Origin: the human T2T-CHM13v2.0 reference genome, Homo sapiens
Strand: one strand, 5' to 3'
DNA: 64,000 bases
Assembly (NCBI RefSeq): GCF_009914755.1
Contig: NC_060931.1
Shown: piece after piece, positions 13,973 through 28,659 of the stretch
How the letters are laid out: each line of letters starts with the position of its first letter
Numbering within the stretch: position 1 is the stretch's first letter
Translations under genes and position numbers: made by a program
Notes under the pieces: model-generated
The model's database searches: none
What the model was told of the DNA's origin: nothing
What the model saw: the letters and a program-made list of their open reading frames with translations, nothing else

Positions 13973-14336
13973 CTACTATGGAGACATAAAAAATAATGAG
14001 ATCATGTCCTTTGCATGGGCATGGTTGGAACTGGAGGTCTTATTTTTAGCTAACTAACGCAGAAGCAGAAAACCAAATACCACATGTTCTCACTTATACG
14101 TGGGAGCTAAATGATGAGAATACATGGACACATAGAGGAGAACAACACACTGGGGCTTACTGCAGGGTGGAGGGTGGGTGAAAGGAGAGGATCAGAAAAA
14201 ATAACTAATGGGTTGTAGGCTTAGTACTGGGGTGATAAAATCATCTGTACTACAAACCCTTGTGACATGAGTTTATCTATATAACAAACATGCACATGTA
14301 CCCCTGAACCTAAAATAAAAGTTTAAAAAATGTAAA
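13973..14336 (+). mobile_element. L1PA13-16-type 3' end
   Basis: AATGAGATCATGTCCTTTGCA...GAGAGGATCAGAAAAAATAACTAATGGG...CCCCTGAACCTAAAATAAAAGTT. Confidence 0.9.
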
Positions 14337-14763
14337 AAGTATGTATTCTCAAGCTTAGAAAAAATACTAGGTTATATACCTAATGTTATCAGTGATGAGA
14401 TTATGGGTGATTAAAATTTATTTCCTTTGTTTCCTGAGTTTTTCTGCATTGAGCACATATTAGTTTCCTTATGTAAATATTAAATACTATGATAAGGGAG
14501 AAAGAGTGGGAGAAAGGAAACATCCCTGGCATATAGAGCTCAGAGTCTTTACACACACAGAAAGACATCACACACACAATTTATGCTATTGTTTTGTGAC
14601 ATTTAGAACATATAGTCTAATAAAAACAGATGTGCAAACAATTTTTTGGCAAGCAACACATTCAAAGATTGGGGCTGCCTGTAGCTGATTACATCGCTGG
14701 TGTGTCAGAAATAGTGTTTTAAGTTCAAAATGCTTGCTAACAGAAATCATTACAATACACAGG

Positions 14764-14820
14764 CTAGTTTGGAGAGAAATAGCCTAAAATTTGGATACAT
14801 TTAAAAGAAAATGTTTCAAT
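14764..14820 (+). repeat. Dispersed ~57-bp repeat, copy A (pairs with 20274-20330)
   Basis: 14776-14814 matches 20286-20324 at 34/39, ungapped, including an exact 16-mer. Confidence 0.8.
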
Positions 14821-15663
14821 GTGTTTATATTCCAACTTAGCCTCAAAGAGGCAACCTTTCAACTTAAGAGTCATTTTGGACAACTGTTCTTGAAATTGTC
14901 TTGTATATAAGACCCAATTAACGGAGACTATTGAAAAATGTTACTTTTTTCTTGTAACCAGACTATGTAGCAAGTAAGAACCCTTGAAGTGATTTAGCAA
15001 AAAATTAATCTTCAGGCCCTTTTAATATAGAACTTACCTGTTTTGTTTTTCTTTCTTTATTGGATTCCTGAGAAAGGAAGGCTGCCAAGTATTTCCTTCA
15101 AGGAAGGTTTGAGGACCCAGTCCTGTCTGCCTCTAGCCAAGAAGAATTTTATTTTGGTTGCTGAAAATTCAAGGAGATTGGCGTTTGCAGGAAAAAGAAG
15201 TGGCTTATAAATGTTGTAGGTGACAAACGTCCAGAAAAAAAATGACTAAGGAAGTAGCACCATAGGTATAGGTGTTTCCCAAGCATGGCCTTGAAGGGAC
15301 AAAGCAAAAGGGGTCAGTGGTCTTCTCAGGGGCAACCAGAATGGCCATGCTATAAGTAACCATTTCCTACTTCTTTACCCTGCCCCCAAGACTTGGTCCT
15401 GCTTAAGACCCTGGAACCTAGAAATAGCCCAAGTTAGAAAAGAAGTCCTGAGCATGACTGAAGTTACATTTCCAATGTATCCCGGCAGGATGGGGACTTG
15501 AAGTTGAACTTAGGTAATATCATACATAATATGATATTTCTTGTGCACCTGAGTTTAAGGACTGTCAAAACCCAGTACAATTCTAACTAAAAGGATGGTC
15601 CGATGATTCCCTCTTTGAAACATGCACACATTTTGTGAAGATACAAAACAGTGGGAATGTGGT

Positions 15664-16074
15664 GTAACCAATTCATGACTGAGGCACTCATTCTCCCAGA
15701 AGCAGAGAGGATTGGTTGCTAAAAGTTCACAATTGTGATCCTTTCTGAGAACTGCCCTCTGCCAAAGGAAGCAGCCTTGCCCCTCCCCAGAGGTGGCCTG
15801 AGTCTCATAATTTATTCATGCAGGGATACAAAGGCGCAGCCCCTTGCCTCAATTTGTGACAATTCTGAAGGCCCATTGCAGCTCCAGAGCTCCCAGTAAG
15901 ATTGGCTGAGTCCTCCATTGCAACTGCATTGCGGTACAACTTCTCCCTCTGCTTCTTCCTGCATCCTTCTCTTCCTTACAAATATTCTCAAGTTCATTCC
16001 CAAACAAACTGCCAGCATGCAAATCTCTGCCTCAAAGGCTGTGAGTCTGTTTTCAGGAAACCCAACTTAGGACA
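15664..16074 (+). mobile_element. LTR16-family (ERVL) solo LTR
   Basis: GAACTGCCCTCTGCCAAAGG, GCCCCTTGCCTCAA, GCTCCAGAGCTCCC, end AGTCTGTTTTCAGGAAACCCAACTTAGGACA. Confidence 0.8.
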
Positions 16075-17683
16075 ATAAACTCCCCTAAGCTTTTCCCATG
16101 AAACAAGCACAATAATTTCAATTTTGCCCAAACATCGATACCTTGTACATTCAGACACCTAATTTTTGTGATTGCTTAAAAGAAGTGGATTTTGTTATAA
16201 CTTTTTCTCCAATGAGAGCATTCATAGAATGTTTTAAGAATCAAGAATTGCTAGGAAAGTACAAATTGTAGGGCATTCCAGAATTTCCTTCTCTGATGGA
16301 CACAAGCCAGAATTGCATTCCAGAAGCTCATTTTTAACATATGGTAGTTGCCATCGACAAAACAACTGTCAAACATCACAGAAATGGAAGATATAAATGA
16401 ACAAATAAGATGCTGATTTATAATGTTTTTATATATCCCTATAGAACAAAAGGGATCATGTTTTCATCAGATGGTCTTTGAGGTCAGTATGGAAATCTGC
16501 TCCATGACTCTGGGATGATACAAAGCCAGACTTTTCCCGTGCTGAACCCACTAGGGAAAGAAATAGGAAGGCATAAAAAGAGAGAAAGTAGTAAGCAATC
16601 ACTTAGTTGTGATTCTGTATAGGTAAATGCTAATTATGTTCCTTATTTCCCCAAATGCCTTCTAACTGGGAGGATTATGGCCATAGGACTGAAGGTGTTG
16701 AATGAGGAGGGAGATGTCTATTTTCTCTCCAGAACTTTTGTTGTTGAATCATCCCTTCATCACTGCTACCAATATTCACCAACAGATGAGATCTAGGAAT
16801 ACAAATTAAGACAAAAAAATAGAAAATAGAAAAAAATTAAAGAATTTTTTAAAATTAAAAAAGCTTAAATGGTGCACATATTTCACCCTCACTCATTAAG
16901 ACTGATAAAAATATTATAATCAATTCAGTTGTAAAGCTACATATTGAACCTCTAAAATATTAAATGTAAAGATCAAATCTAGAATTATTAGAGACTGATC
17001 TTGAGAGAGGCAGAAAGAGTTTGAAACATTTTTTTTTAACTGAAAGACCATTATAAGGATTTTTCCCCCTGCAAAAAGCAAGTTCTCAGTGCTGTGTATT
17101 TTGTTTGTTCACATTTGGACTAAGGTAAGTGAATATAGTTAAGATGGTACATTGGCCTCTTCAGAACAATATGTTACTTTAAGGAGAGAAGCCCAGATTT
17201 TAATTGGGGTAACCAAACCCTCGTCTAGTTTGAACTAGACCAAGATACCTGACATTAAATGATTTGCTTTGTAAAATCAACAAATTAACTAATTGTAATT
17301 TACATTGTTGGTGTCATCAGCTGGATATAATTTCCTACGTGTGCCCAAAGTAACTCTACAACTGCCAAAGGCTTCAGAAGGCAGTCTGGGTTGCCCAAAT
17401 GCCACTGTTCAGCTTCCCAGGGTTATTGGAACAAAGGTATAATACTAATTTGACAACAGTTTTCTGTGTATGGGCATTTGTTTGTTTTTAAGAAAAGATT
17501 TAACAGGAAGAAACAAAGGTTGAGAAAATCTAGAGAAAGAATGAACCCAGATTGTGGACTATAAACATTTGATTTCTTTGATGTAACTTACAACGCTTGG
17601 CAAAGAGATAAGGAAAAAACTCCAAGTGCTTCATGAATATAGAAATAGAAAAAAGAATGCAGATACCCATTCAGTTTGGGGAC

Positions 17684-18117
17684 TATTATAAACGGAATTG
17701 GTCTCCCCCAAATTCATATATTTAAGCCCTAATCCTAATGTGACTATATTTGGAGATAGTGCCTTTAAGAATGTGATTAAGATTAAATGGGGTCATTAAG
17801 GGTTCAGACCTAATCTGCTAGGACTGATGTTCTTGTAAGAAGAGGAAAAGATACCAGAGACCTCTCTCTCTCTCTCTCTCTCTCTCCCTCCCTCCATCTC
17901 TATCTGTCTCCCTCCATGCTGCTCAGAGGAAAGGCCATGTGAGGATATTGAGAAGGCAGACATCTGTAAACCAGGAAGACAGGTGTCAACAGAAACCAAC
18001 CCTGCTGGCACCTTCATCTTGAACTTCTAGCCTCCCCATAGTGAAAAAATAAATTTCTGTTGTTTAAGCCCCTCAGTCTGTGGGATTTTGTTATGGCATC
18101 TCAAGCAGACAAATACA
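17684..18117 (+). mobile_element. MLT1A/A0-type solo LTR with internal (TC)n
   Basis: CCCCCAAATTCATAT...AATAAATTTCTGTTGTTTAAGCC...AATACA; perfect 5-bp TSD GGGAC. Confidence 0.9.
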
Positions 18118-18984
18118 GGGACATTGGTGATAAGTTTCAGGAGTTTTTCAGTGCACTAGAAAGACCTTGATGAGTAGGTATAGGGATAACTTCACCCCTT
18201 CCCATACTTTTCATCTGCTGCCACTTTTTAAAGTTTTGGCATCTTTCAAGTGTTTTCATTTTCCTCATTAGGTTTTGGCACCTCATTTCTTCCTCTCTCT
18301 CTCTCTCCTTCTTTCTTTCCTTCCCTTCTACTTTTTCCATATTTCTTGGTGGCAGTTAGGAATAAATTGTGGGAGGCAACTTCACATGCTGCCTTAAGCC
18401 AGAATTCACCCAGTTATCAATTAAAAGAAAATATACTTAGTACTTAACTACGTGCAAGTTCTGTACCAGGTTCCTGTTAGAAACAAAAGGGTATAGGTCC
18501 TCTAGACATGTGTTATGTTCCTCTTCAGGCTCCCAATAAAAGAATGAATGGCTCTTAATTACATGATCAATGATTTTACCCCTTGAATGAACAGAATTAC
18601 GGTTAAGTGCATTGCAGATGCAAAAAAACAATATTCTTCCATTTGTTTTTAAGTGATGAGTATGAGTTGGCAGGTTTTTAAATTTATTAAAAAATATTTG
18701 GTGAATAAGACACAGACATTTGATTGAAAGCTCCCGGTTTTTAAAGAATCTCCTTCCCTGTAACTCTCCTCTTCTCTTGCTTAGAAAGCAAGTCAGGAAG
18801 CTGTGGCCTACCTGACACTCATTTAGTGAGATACCAATTCAATTCATCTTGGAATCAGCATCTAAATATTCACTTTTATTTTGGTCAACCTGGGTTGGGA
18901 CATGTGTATTTCCAAGGGGCAATGCTAACAAAATGCATGTTTAATGGCTTGGAATAACTACTAGTCAAAAGAATGAAGAGCAAG

Positions 18985-19333
<349 letters not shown>

Positions 19334-19957
19334 TCACCTTTTTCAAGTATTTCCTTACTTACAGTAGATGAACCTGTAGCCTGAGACCATGCTGTTTGAG
19401 CTTCCTGTTCTGGAACAGCCATTTATGCAGCTCTTATGAATAATTAGGGAAAGCCCATTTTCCCATCACTAGCTGTTTTGCATCCAATATCCCTAGTCAC
19501 CCTTCACTTATTCCGCATTCTGTTGTTACTGCTGTTTCTCTTTTCCCCATATTTTTCATGGTCTCCCATTCACAGAAAGACAATCGTCTGTGAAGGGGTG
19601 GGGTACTCCAGCAAACGAACTGAGAATCAGGAGTCCCGGGTTCTGATGCTGCTTTGGCCACATCACTTTACTTGCTCTTAGCTTTGTCTCCTCATCTGCA
19701 AAGCAAAAGCATGGGATAATTCCCTCTCCTAGCACCAAAATTAATATTATATTTCAGAAAAGCATTATCCTATGGCTTATATATAGTTAAATACTTAAGG
19801 ATGAAGATGGGGAAAAAGTGATTTTTTAGAGCTCCATAATTACTTTGTTGGTCGGTCTGAAGACCACTCCTAGGTTCAGTGATTCTCTAGGAGGACTCAC
19901 AGAGCTCAGCATAGAGTCAGATTATGGCAATGATTACTCCATTGAAAGGAAACCAAG

Positions 19958-20144
19958 AACTGGATGAGGTAGTGCATGCCTGTGGTCCCAGCTACTTGGG
20001 AGGCTGAGGCAGGAGGATTACTTGAGGCCAGGAGTTTGAAGCTGTGGTACTCTATGATTGCACATGTGAATAGCCACTGCCCTCCAGCCTGGGCAACATG
20101 ACAGGACCCAGTCTCTAAAAAGGAAAAAAAAGAAAGAAAGAAAG
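19958..20144 (+). mobile_element. FAM (fossil Alu monomer)
   Basis: Single monomer retaining 7SL-derived GTGAATAGCCACTGC; TSD AAA(G/A)GAAACCAAG. Confidence 0.88.
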
Positions 20145-20273
20145 AAAAGAAACCAAGCATATTCAGCCAAAGAAAAAGGCACATGGGCAAGGTCCTGGGG
20201 CAACCAGGCACAAGCTTCCAGAGGTCCTTTCTTACTCAAAGGAGTCACACAGAATACACTTCATTCTCTCAGC

Positions 20274-20330
20274 CTACCTTCGGAGGACATAGCCTAACAT
20301 TTGGATACATTTAACAGAAGCTGTCAAAGA
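20274..20330 (+). repeat. Dispersed ~57-bp repeat, copy B, inserted in MER21
   Basis: Interrupts MER21 between CTCAGC and AAAAGTTGTGACAAC; matches copy A. Confidence 0.8.
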
Positions 20331-20730
20331 AAAAAGTTGTGACAACACGTGTGAAATGTTGTCACTCAGGGAAGCTTGCCCCCAGAGTTTTTACTGGTGG
20401 ATGGCCACATAAGCAGCCTCTGCCTAGCACAGACTCAAATGCCAGCTTCTCAGGAAGAAAGCAGGTGTTCCACATAAACCATAGTATTTGTACAAATAGT
20501 TTAAACATAGTGGGCCACTCTTATCAGTTAATCCTGGTGGGAACCCTCCTGAAACCTAAATTCCAGACACCAGCCAAAGGCCAACCTTGTAAGCAGGCCT
20601 GTCAAAGGATAACAGTCAGACCTGCTGTTAACTCTTTTCTGCACGGTTATATAGCATGTTTATTTCTTAAATCACTCTAGGAATTGGCCACTTGCGTGCT
20701 GCTCTGAGGTGTGTACAAATTTGTATTAAA

Positions 20731-21070
<340 letters not shown>

Positions 21071-22939
21071 AAATTGTATTAAAATAATATTTTCCAAACA
21101 AATTTAATTTTTTTCCCATTAGTAAAGTGGCATTTCCCCTTAAGAAAACTTAGAAAGTAAAAAAGTAGAAAGAATAAAAACATTATAAATAGTAGCAGTT
21201 TCTAAAAATAATTATCTCTAGACCGTCTTTCAGATATTTGAGCATGATTATCACAATCCCTATTTAAATGATATTCTGTTGTTCTCATTTTTATCTTACA
21301 GAAAATTTTTCATATTATCTGAAAACATTTTGCAGACATCATTTGTAATGACTATAATTAATTGTATCATAATTTATACTATGATGAATTTCCCTTTGTC
21401 ATTTAAAAATATTATTAGTAATCTTGTAATGAACATCTTCATGCACAAAACTCTTTATGTATTTAGAATTATTTCTTACGATAGATTCTCAGAAATTGAT
21501 TTACTTACCCAAAGGCTATGAACTTTTTAAAGGCTTTTGTCATCGCTCACTAATGGATCTCCCAGAGTTATAAAATTTGGGTATTCACTAAGAAAAGTAT
21601 TTCTCTAAAGTGAAATGATGTTCTCATGTGTTTTTCTTCCAGTGCATTTCAATAATATTTTTCCCGTTTGTTTTTTTTCCCCTCCCATAACATTGGCCTC
21701 CATGTTATCTAATCATCCCACTGCTAGGATGTGCTTTGGGCAAAGGCAAAACATTCATAAGTCTCTTAAAAAGCAAGACTGTCACCTGGGAATCCGCATC
21801 ATGTCTTATCACAGATTAATTCACCTGTTTCCTGAGCAAATGGGGTACAAGTTCTCCAGGTTTGGACTGGGAGACAAAGGAGGGGGTGGAGAGGGGGACC
21901 AGAAGGAGCTGGGGTGCTGAAATATCCTTGGTAGGGTGGCCGTATGGTGCGGCATGCAGCTAGGCCATGGGTAGATGTGAGAGAGTGACAAATGGGTTCC
22001 AAAATACGAGGTGTGAAATGATACTAAAAGATCCAATCTAATCTTTGTTATAGTCTTGCTCAAGAACAGCTTCCACCCACAGAAGCACCAGAGGTCATGT
22101 AGCTCAAAGAAACCAGGGTTAGAGCAGGACAGCTTAGACTGCAGTGCTCGTGCCGCTGTCTGCTAACTGAGAGGCTGGAGCACATCACCTAGTTCCTGCT
22201 CCTCAGGCCTCTCTTTGGTAAAAGGGGGATAATAGGACATACTCAACCTACCTTACAAGGCTGCTGGGAATCAAGTCCAATTCTGGTAATCAACGATCAG
22301 GAAATCATTCACTCTTCACACACAGCGCCTGGTACATGGGATGTATGAATCAGTGATTATTGAAATTAATAGAAATGGTAGGAGAGAAAATCCCTTATGA
22401 ACTTTCAGACTGGTAGAAAAAAGAAGAGTCTTCACTCCATCCTCAGCTCAGTCTGAAACATCAGGCAAACATAAGATTCTAAAAATTGTGGTTTTTAAAC
22501 AATAACAATTACTGTTCTGTTTTCTGTTGCTAAGAATCAAATCAAAACTTATTCCACTGGCAATAATCTAGTTTCATTGTGGTGAGAATATTTTAATTAT
22601 GAGGCAGTCCTACTGTGCTCTAATATTTGCTCTGTTGGTTTTTTTAAATCAAAAACTCATATATTAAAATGAACTGCTAAAACAAAAATCTCTTAATGAA
22701 TTAACAATAATTAAGTTTAGCCAGATAGTGTGCTCCCTGATAGTGAGTGTGTGTGTGCGTGTGTGTGTGAGTGTGTAAGGTTTCCTGCAATTATAAAAGT
22801 TTTACATATACAATTTAGGAAATATAAAACAATATAAAGAACCAAAATCTTATTGCTCAAAAGCAACCATCATTAATAATTACCACTACTTTCTCCAGTA
22901 TTTTCTTTTATTCCGTTTTTAAAATCACCATTTGTTCTT

Positions 22940-23150
22940 TAGGCTACATAGTGAAATAGAAATGTTATTTTAGAGCATACAGAACTTACTAAAATTTTGC
23001 CTCTGCCACTTGCTAGCTATGCCATCATGGGAAGATTACTTAGTTTCTCTGAGCCTCACTTTCCTCATCCATAAAATGTAAGTAATGATATCTACTTTCC
23101 AAATCAGGATTCATCAAAAATAACATGCACAGATAATTAAAGTGCACACA
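22940..23150 (+). mobile_element. MIR
   Basis: CTCTGCCACTTGCTAGCT...CTCTGAGCCTCACTTTCCTCATCCATAAAATG. Confidence 0.8.
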
Positions 23151-23697
23151 GATCAGTTCTCACAAACTGCAGTACATACAAAACTACAGACCATACCCAG
23201 AACACAAGCTAGAGTTCAAACTATTTAGAAACAACATAGCAAATAATTTGTATTTGTAATAGGTAATGATGCTTATGCACACTAACAGATGTGCATACAG
23301 GGATGTTTTCTGAGCAATGATAATTCTATCGTTAATATTCAATACAACAATAAGGTCTGACAGAATCACCTTCATGCTGACTTGCTGGAGGTCAGAGAGG
23401 CTCAGCTGTCTTCACATAAGGAAGAGGCTGCGTGACTATGAATGACGTCGTCTCACCAGTGCTTGGGGCATGTTAGAAACATAAATTTTATTTATTTATT
23501 CTCTGCTTCCTTTCAAGAGGATTAGAGAGTATAGAGGTGCCAATACAGTTTAAAATAAGACACACAGAGAGGATCCCATCAAACCGAACCACCCCTCATA
23601 CTGATTGAGCACCTACTGTGTGCTAGAGCACTCTGCAGGTGACTGGAGGTAACGGGATAAAGGAGGCCACTCTCCCCAGGAGCTCCCAGGTTGGGAA

Positions 23698-23898
23698 ATC
23701 GTTTCTCAAAGTATGATCCAAAGACCCCTCCTGATCCCTCATATAGAATCACCTACAGTGCTTCTGAAAAATGAAGAAAAAAAAAAGAAGATTGCTGATC
23801 CCCGACTGGGAGTCTCTCCTAATGCAGAATGTTTGGGCCTCTCAACCATTCACCACCTCTCCATTTCATGGTCATGAGTGCTGGGGTTTGAGAATTTT
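23698..23898. mobile_element. MER5-type hAT MITE, followed by a MIR at about 23960-24200
   Basis: GTTTCTCAAAGTATGATCC...AGAATCACCT...GTTTGAGAA termini. Confidence 0.65.
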
Positions 23899-26800
23899 CA
23901 GAGGGGAAACAGGATTAGCAACAGTGAATTCTGAAGTGCTGTACCAGTGTAATGGTCTATTCAGCAGAAGCTTGGAGGTTAAGAATGGTGACTTTGGAAA
24001 GCAACAGACCTGGATTCAATTGCTGACTAGCTGAGACTGTGGTGGAGGCTTGCAGTCTCTCTGAGCCTGTTTTATCATTTGTCCAATGGGTTTAAAGTTA
24101 CCTGCCTCCAAGTGGTGTTGCATTAAATAAGACACTGTTCTATAAGAAAATGCTTAACACATTGCCTCATTCATGGGAGGTACTTGAAATGCAGCGGCCA
24201 TTGTTGTCATCAGTCACATCACAGTCTAGGTCCTACTTTGGCATCAATCAGATCCCAGGGACATAACACAGGTGTTCCCAAGGCCAAGGTCATCCCAGGC
24301 TTCAACAAAACCCTGACCCTGGAGCCTGGCCATTCACCTACAACAGCTAAGGGCTGAATTAACCAAGACTCATTTTTCCCAGCATGAAAAAAGAGGACAT
24401 GCCCTCCTTCTTTGCCTCTTTTCCCTTGTCTCCCTTTTCTCTCTCAGAAAGAAAAGATGCACCACCCCAGGAAAACACAGTGGCAGAAACCTGTTACCAG
24501 TTTTGTCAGATCCCAAAATGGCAGATGGCCGCAGCCTGCAGCCTCTCACTGCATCCAAGATGTCTTCATCTATCTTCCTAGGACCCCAGCAAAATGTTTT
24601 TGGCAAAAGCAGGAGGAAGGGATAAAAATTAAGTATAAGGTGCTGCATTCATAGGGGCTTTTATGGGTCTGGATGTGTAATGATGGTTTAATGGCAATCA
24701 AGAGGCAGGTAATTAGGAACAAGCGGCTCTGATCACCCTTGTACACAGCCACAGATAGCTCCTCCACACTCCTGAAACCTTGTTTGCTTTCTCCGAGGCA
24801 GAAATCCCACAAGGTCTTCACGTTGCCAGCTGTCGAGCTAACGAACTGCCAGTGTGTTCTTGAATGGGAGCACTCAGCCTACCGAGGCTCCCCTGAGCAG
24901 CTTGCGCTGTCTTCACCATGTGATTGCTTTTATCTGGCCAGTGCAGGAGCTGCTCCTAATCACCCTGCTGTTTGCCTCCAAGGGTCAAACTGGGGACCAT
25001 CACTACCTAAACAAATGAGGAGGATGTCACCTTTGGGGGAGACTGATAAGCAGTTGGCAGGCAGGCCACGGGCAAGAGAAGGCGCCAGCAGCCAGCAGTC
25101 TGCAAAGGCCGTAAATATGTTACACTCTCAGCAGGGAGATGGGCAATATAGGCACCAAGAGGCCTTTGTTTAATGAGCTGTCAGAAAGCAGGCATGAAAT
25201 TATGTTTGAAAACATGTGCAAGCTGCAGAGACAGAGCGAGGGCCTATAAATGGCCCTCTTCCTTCATGCTGGATGTTTTGGAGCATCTTATCAGTCTGAG
25301 AACTGTCATAGGATGAAAGCTATCATTAGCAAACTAATGGTGTTTGAAAGCTACAAATTTTTCTATCTCTTCTCCATTTTTGACTTAAATGGATTATAGA
25401 AAAAAAATCTTAATGGTTTTTTTCTTTCCTTGGGATTTTGGTAAACATGCAAATTGGAAGAGAACCAAAAACAAACCGCAAAAAAAGTATCTCTGGAAGA
25501 ACAAACCAAATGGTTATACTTAGAATCTCTGCTCAGAACAGTCAGCTGACATTCTTTTCAATTCTGTTGAGACTCTGTTCAGAGAAATCTAATGCAACTC
25601 CAGCCAGCATTTTATTTCAATCAGGCCCATAAAAGAAAGCATAAATATAAAATAGATTGTTCTCCTATAATCTGAGTATTAAAATTTGTGGGTAGGTATA
25701 ATATCACTTCTACCACATCAGCTATCAAATAATAGAGAATAATTTTTCAAAGACTAGAAATTATTCTTGTGGGTCCCATGGTTGTGAAGTTTATTTCTAT
25801 TCAGGGTGAAACCTAAAGATGTTTAAAAATCTGCCAGGACTGAGAGGCATCGCTGATTTAGGGCGTATTTGGGCCCCAATTCCCAAATTCTGAAAGGATG
25901 CATGAGGGCTTGGTTGCCATACATGGGTCTTTTTCCTTCAGTGCACCACAACCCTGCATTTCCTCCCTCTGATCAAACCAGGCAGCCAGAAATGACTTGC
26001 ACAAACCACTTCCCCATTAAAAGGCCCAAGACTAACCATCTGAAGCTGATTCAGGAGAGGTCGCCAAATTAGCAGGGAATAGTCTCTTGAGACCCATCTT
26101 CTCCGCAGATTGAACAGTAGCAAGCTGCTCCCTTCCAGATTTGAGAAAAGAGGAAGATCTGAATAGGAAATAGGAAATAGCAAAGTTCCATTGAAAAGGT
26201 AAAGGGGTGAAGGTTAGAGAAACAGAAACTAAAAGACAAAGAAAAACAGGAAGAAAAAAAAATGGTGTTTGCCGTACACCATGCATCAATAACTGACATT
26301 CACAGGACACTTTGTTTTCCTGCCTTTTATGCTGGTCCCCTGTGTGTAGATGAGAAATACAAGGTACCTAAAGTCATCCAGCCGATACGTGAGCCAGCCA
26401 TGGAGCCAGGGCTGGGAACCCAGGGCCCACGTCCCTCCCACGCGGGTTTATCATCTTTGAACGCATTCTGCAGGCCCTCTCTCTGAAGGCTGCGCATGGA
26501 TTCTACGTGCAGATCCTGACACAATGTGGGTGCTCAGTCTGCATTTAATGGGGAAAGGAGAGCTTTAGTCCACAGAAGAGACAAGAGAAAATCAAGACAG
26601 AAACAAAATTGGAAGGAGTACAAGCATGGCTATTCTGTGTCCAGAATAGGGCCTGTGAGGCCATGTATTCCTTTTCAGTTTCCCAAGTGCAGAGAGGAAA
26701 TCATCCTTTATTAGGGCTGAAACTACACAGTGGCTTGGGATTGTGGAGATTTCCTGAGGCTGTTCTGTGGAAGTTGGGATTCTTGATATCACTTTTAGTC

Positions 26801-27129
26801 TGGAAAAAAAATTTTTTAAACATTTATTCCAGTTCAATAAATATGGAACGCACTCTTATTAGATGCTGATGCTGTGCTAAGTACTGTGGGGAATGCCAAA
26901 ACGTACATAACAGGATCTCACAGTCCTACCCTCCCATTCTCTCCATCCCCCAACCCTCCCTTCATCCACCTGCCACTCCCAGCTTCTTCCAGGAGTTCAG
27001 GCAAGGGAGAATGATGGTTTGCCAGAATTAAGATTTTTGTTCTTCAGCATCCCCAAGGACTTATATTTATTGAATGTCTACTCTGTGCAATAATCTCAGC
27101 AATACAAAAATATTCATATTGGTAATCTG

Positions 27130-28625
27130 TGCTTATTTATTTGAATTATTTTTTAATTTTTCACCATTCACATGGTTCAAAACTCTCTCCTGCACTTGTC
27201 CAGTCACCTAGTGCCCCTATCCAGAGACAAATAGTGTTATCAGTTTCTTAAGTATCATTCCAGACATTTTTCAATGTATATACAAGCAAATTTTTAGGAT
27301 TTTTATGGCTTTAACTTTTTTGACATTTAAGCCTCTGATTTCCATTTGGTACATATTCTGGTGTGAGAAGTGAGGTATAGATGCACTTTAATTTTTTTCC
27401 ATAATACTACCCAGTTATTCAAACATCATTTATTGTGTAATCTATTTGCTCCCCAATGATGGGAAATGCCACCTTAATCATATCCTAAAATCCTTAGGTA
27501 TACATGCATCCTTTATGTCTATATTCTAAATTTCTGTATGTATTTTGGCCTATGTTAGGCTTCCTGTTTTGTTACATTGATTTGCTATTTATTTATATGT
27601 TAACATTATGCTGTTTTAATTATTGTAGCTTTATAATATGCTTTAATATCTGATAGGACTGATATTAGAACATTGCTATTCTTTTTCAAAATTTTTTTTA
27701 GAATTTTTAAGATATTATTTGTTTTTTACTTGAGGTTTGGAATTAGCCTGTCTTATCAAAAATTACTATTACTATTATATTGTAATTTATTAAATGTATA
27801 AATCAACTTAAGAAAAATTAACATATTGTTGAAGACATCAAGTCTTCCTTTGCCTTTCCATTTGTTGAAATCTTTTGTCTCAGGAACATTTTAAAGTTCT
27901 CTGTTTAAGTAGCATTTAAAGTTTATTTCTAAATATGTTATATTTGTTGGAACTCCTGTAAATGTGACTTTTTAAAATTACATCTTCTAACACTTTTTGA
28001 TTGTTCTAATAACTTTTTATAAGCTTCTGTACGTTAGCTATGTGCCCAGTCATCTGTTACTGTTTGTAACAGGTTTAAATAAATACGTGGAGGTTTTCCA
28101 GGCAGGAAATTCTATCATCCACAAATAATGATAGTTTTATTTTCTTCTTTTCAGTATTTATATGTCCAGTTTCTTTATCTTGCATAATTATATCGTCATC
28201 TTCAGAAAAGTCTTACATAATAGTAGTGAAATTGAAATCCTAATATTCAATGTATTAATAAAACTTGAATGGATATTAAATTTTATCAAATGCCTTTTTA
28301 ACATTTATGAGACTGATCATATGAATTTCTTCCTGGAATCTGTTAATATGGTGAATAAATTAATAGATATTCTAAAATTGAACTCTTTGCATTTTTGCAA
28401 TAAAGCCCACTTGGCTCATTGTGGCAGAGACTTTTAGGAACTTTTTTCATGACTTCTATTTTCAAGATATTTAACAGTTTTAGTTTTTTACCCAAAAGTT
28501 ACCCAAAACTTATTTAATGACAAGCTTTTAATATCTAGGCAGTAAGAACTTTTTGTTTTTATTATTAAGTCCCAGTTGTATTGCATTGTGACTTTTTCTA
28601 ATTTTTGGAATATATTGAGAGTTTC
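27130..28625 (-). mobile_element. Ancient L1M(E) fragments
   Basis: T-rich antisense L1 motifs: CCCAGTTATTCAAACATCATTTATTG, TTTAATTATTGTAGCTTTATAATATG, ATTTTATCAAATGCCTTTT. Confidence 0.8.
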
Positions 28626-28659
28626 TTCTCTCATAGATAACTATTTCACTAATGTATGG

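Larger units (their letters stand above)
19846..20645 (-). mobile_element. MER21B/C-type LTR, interrupted by a FAM and a 57-bp insert
   Basis: AGACCACTCCTAGGTTCAGTGATTC...GTTGTGACAACACGTGTGAAATG...GTTAACTCTTTTCTGCAC. Confidence 0.85.

Noticed and set aside
20276-20322. Resemblance of insert B to the U6 snRNA 5' end (CTTCGG...CATA..CTAA..TTGGA)
   Set aside because: Identity is low and gapped; the local match at 14776 is much better.
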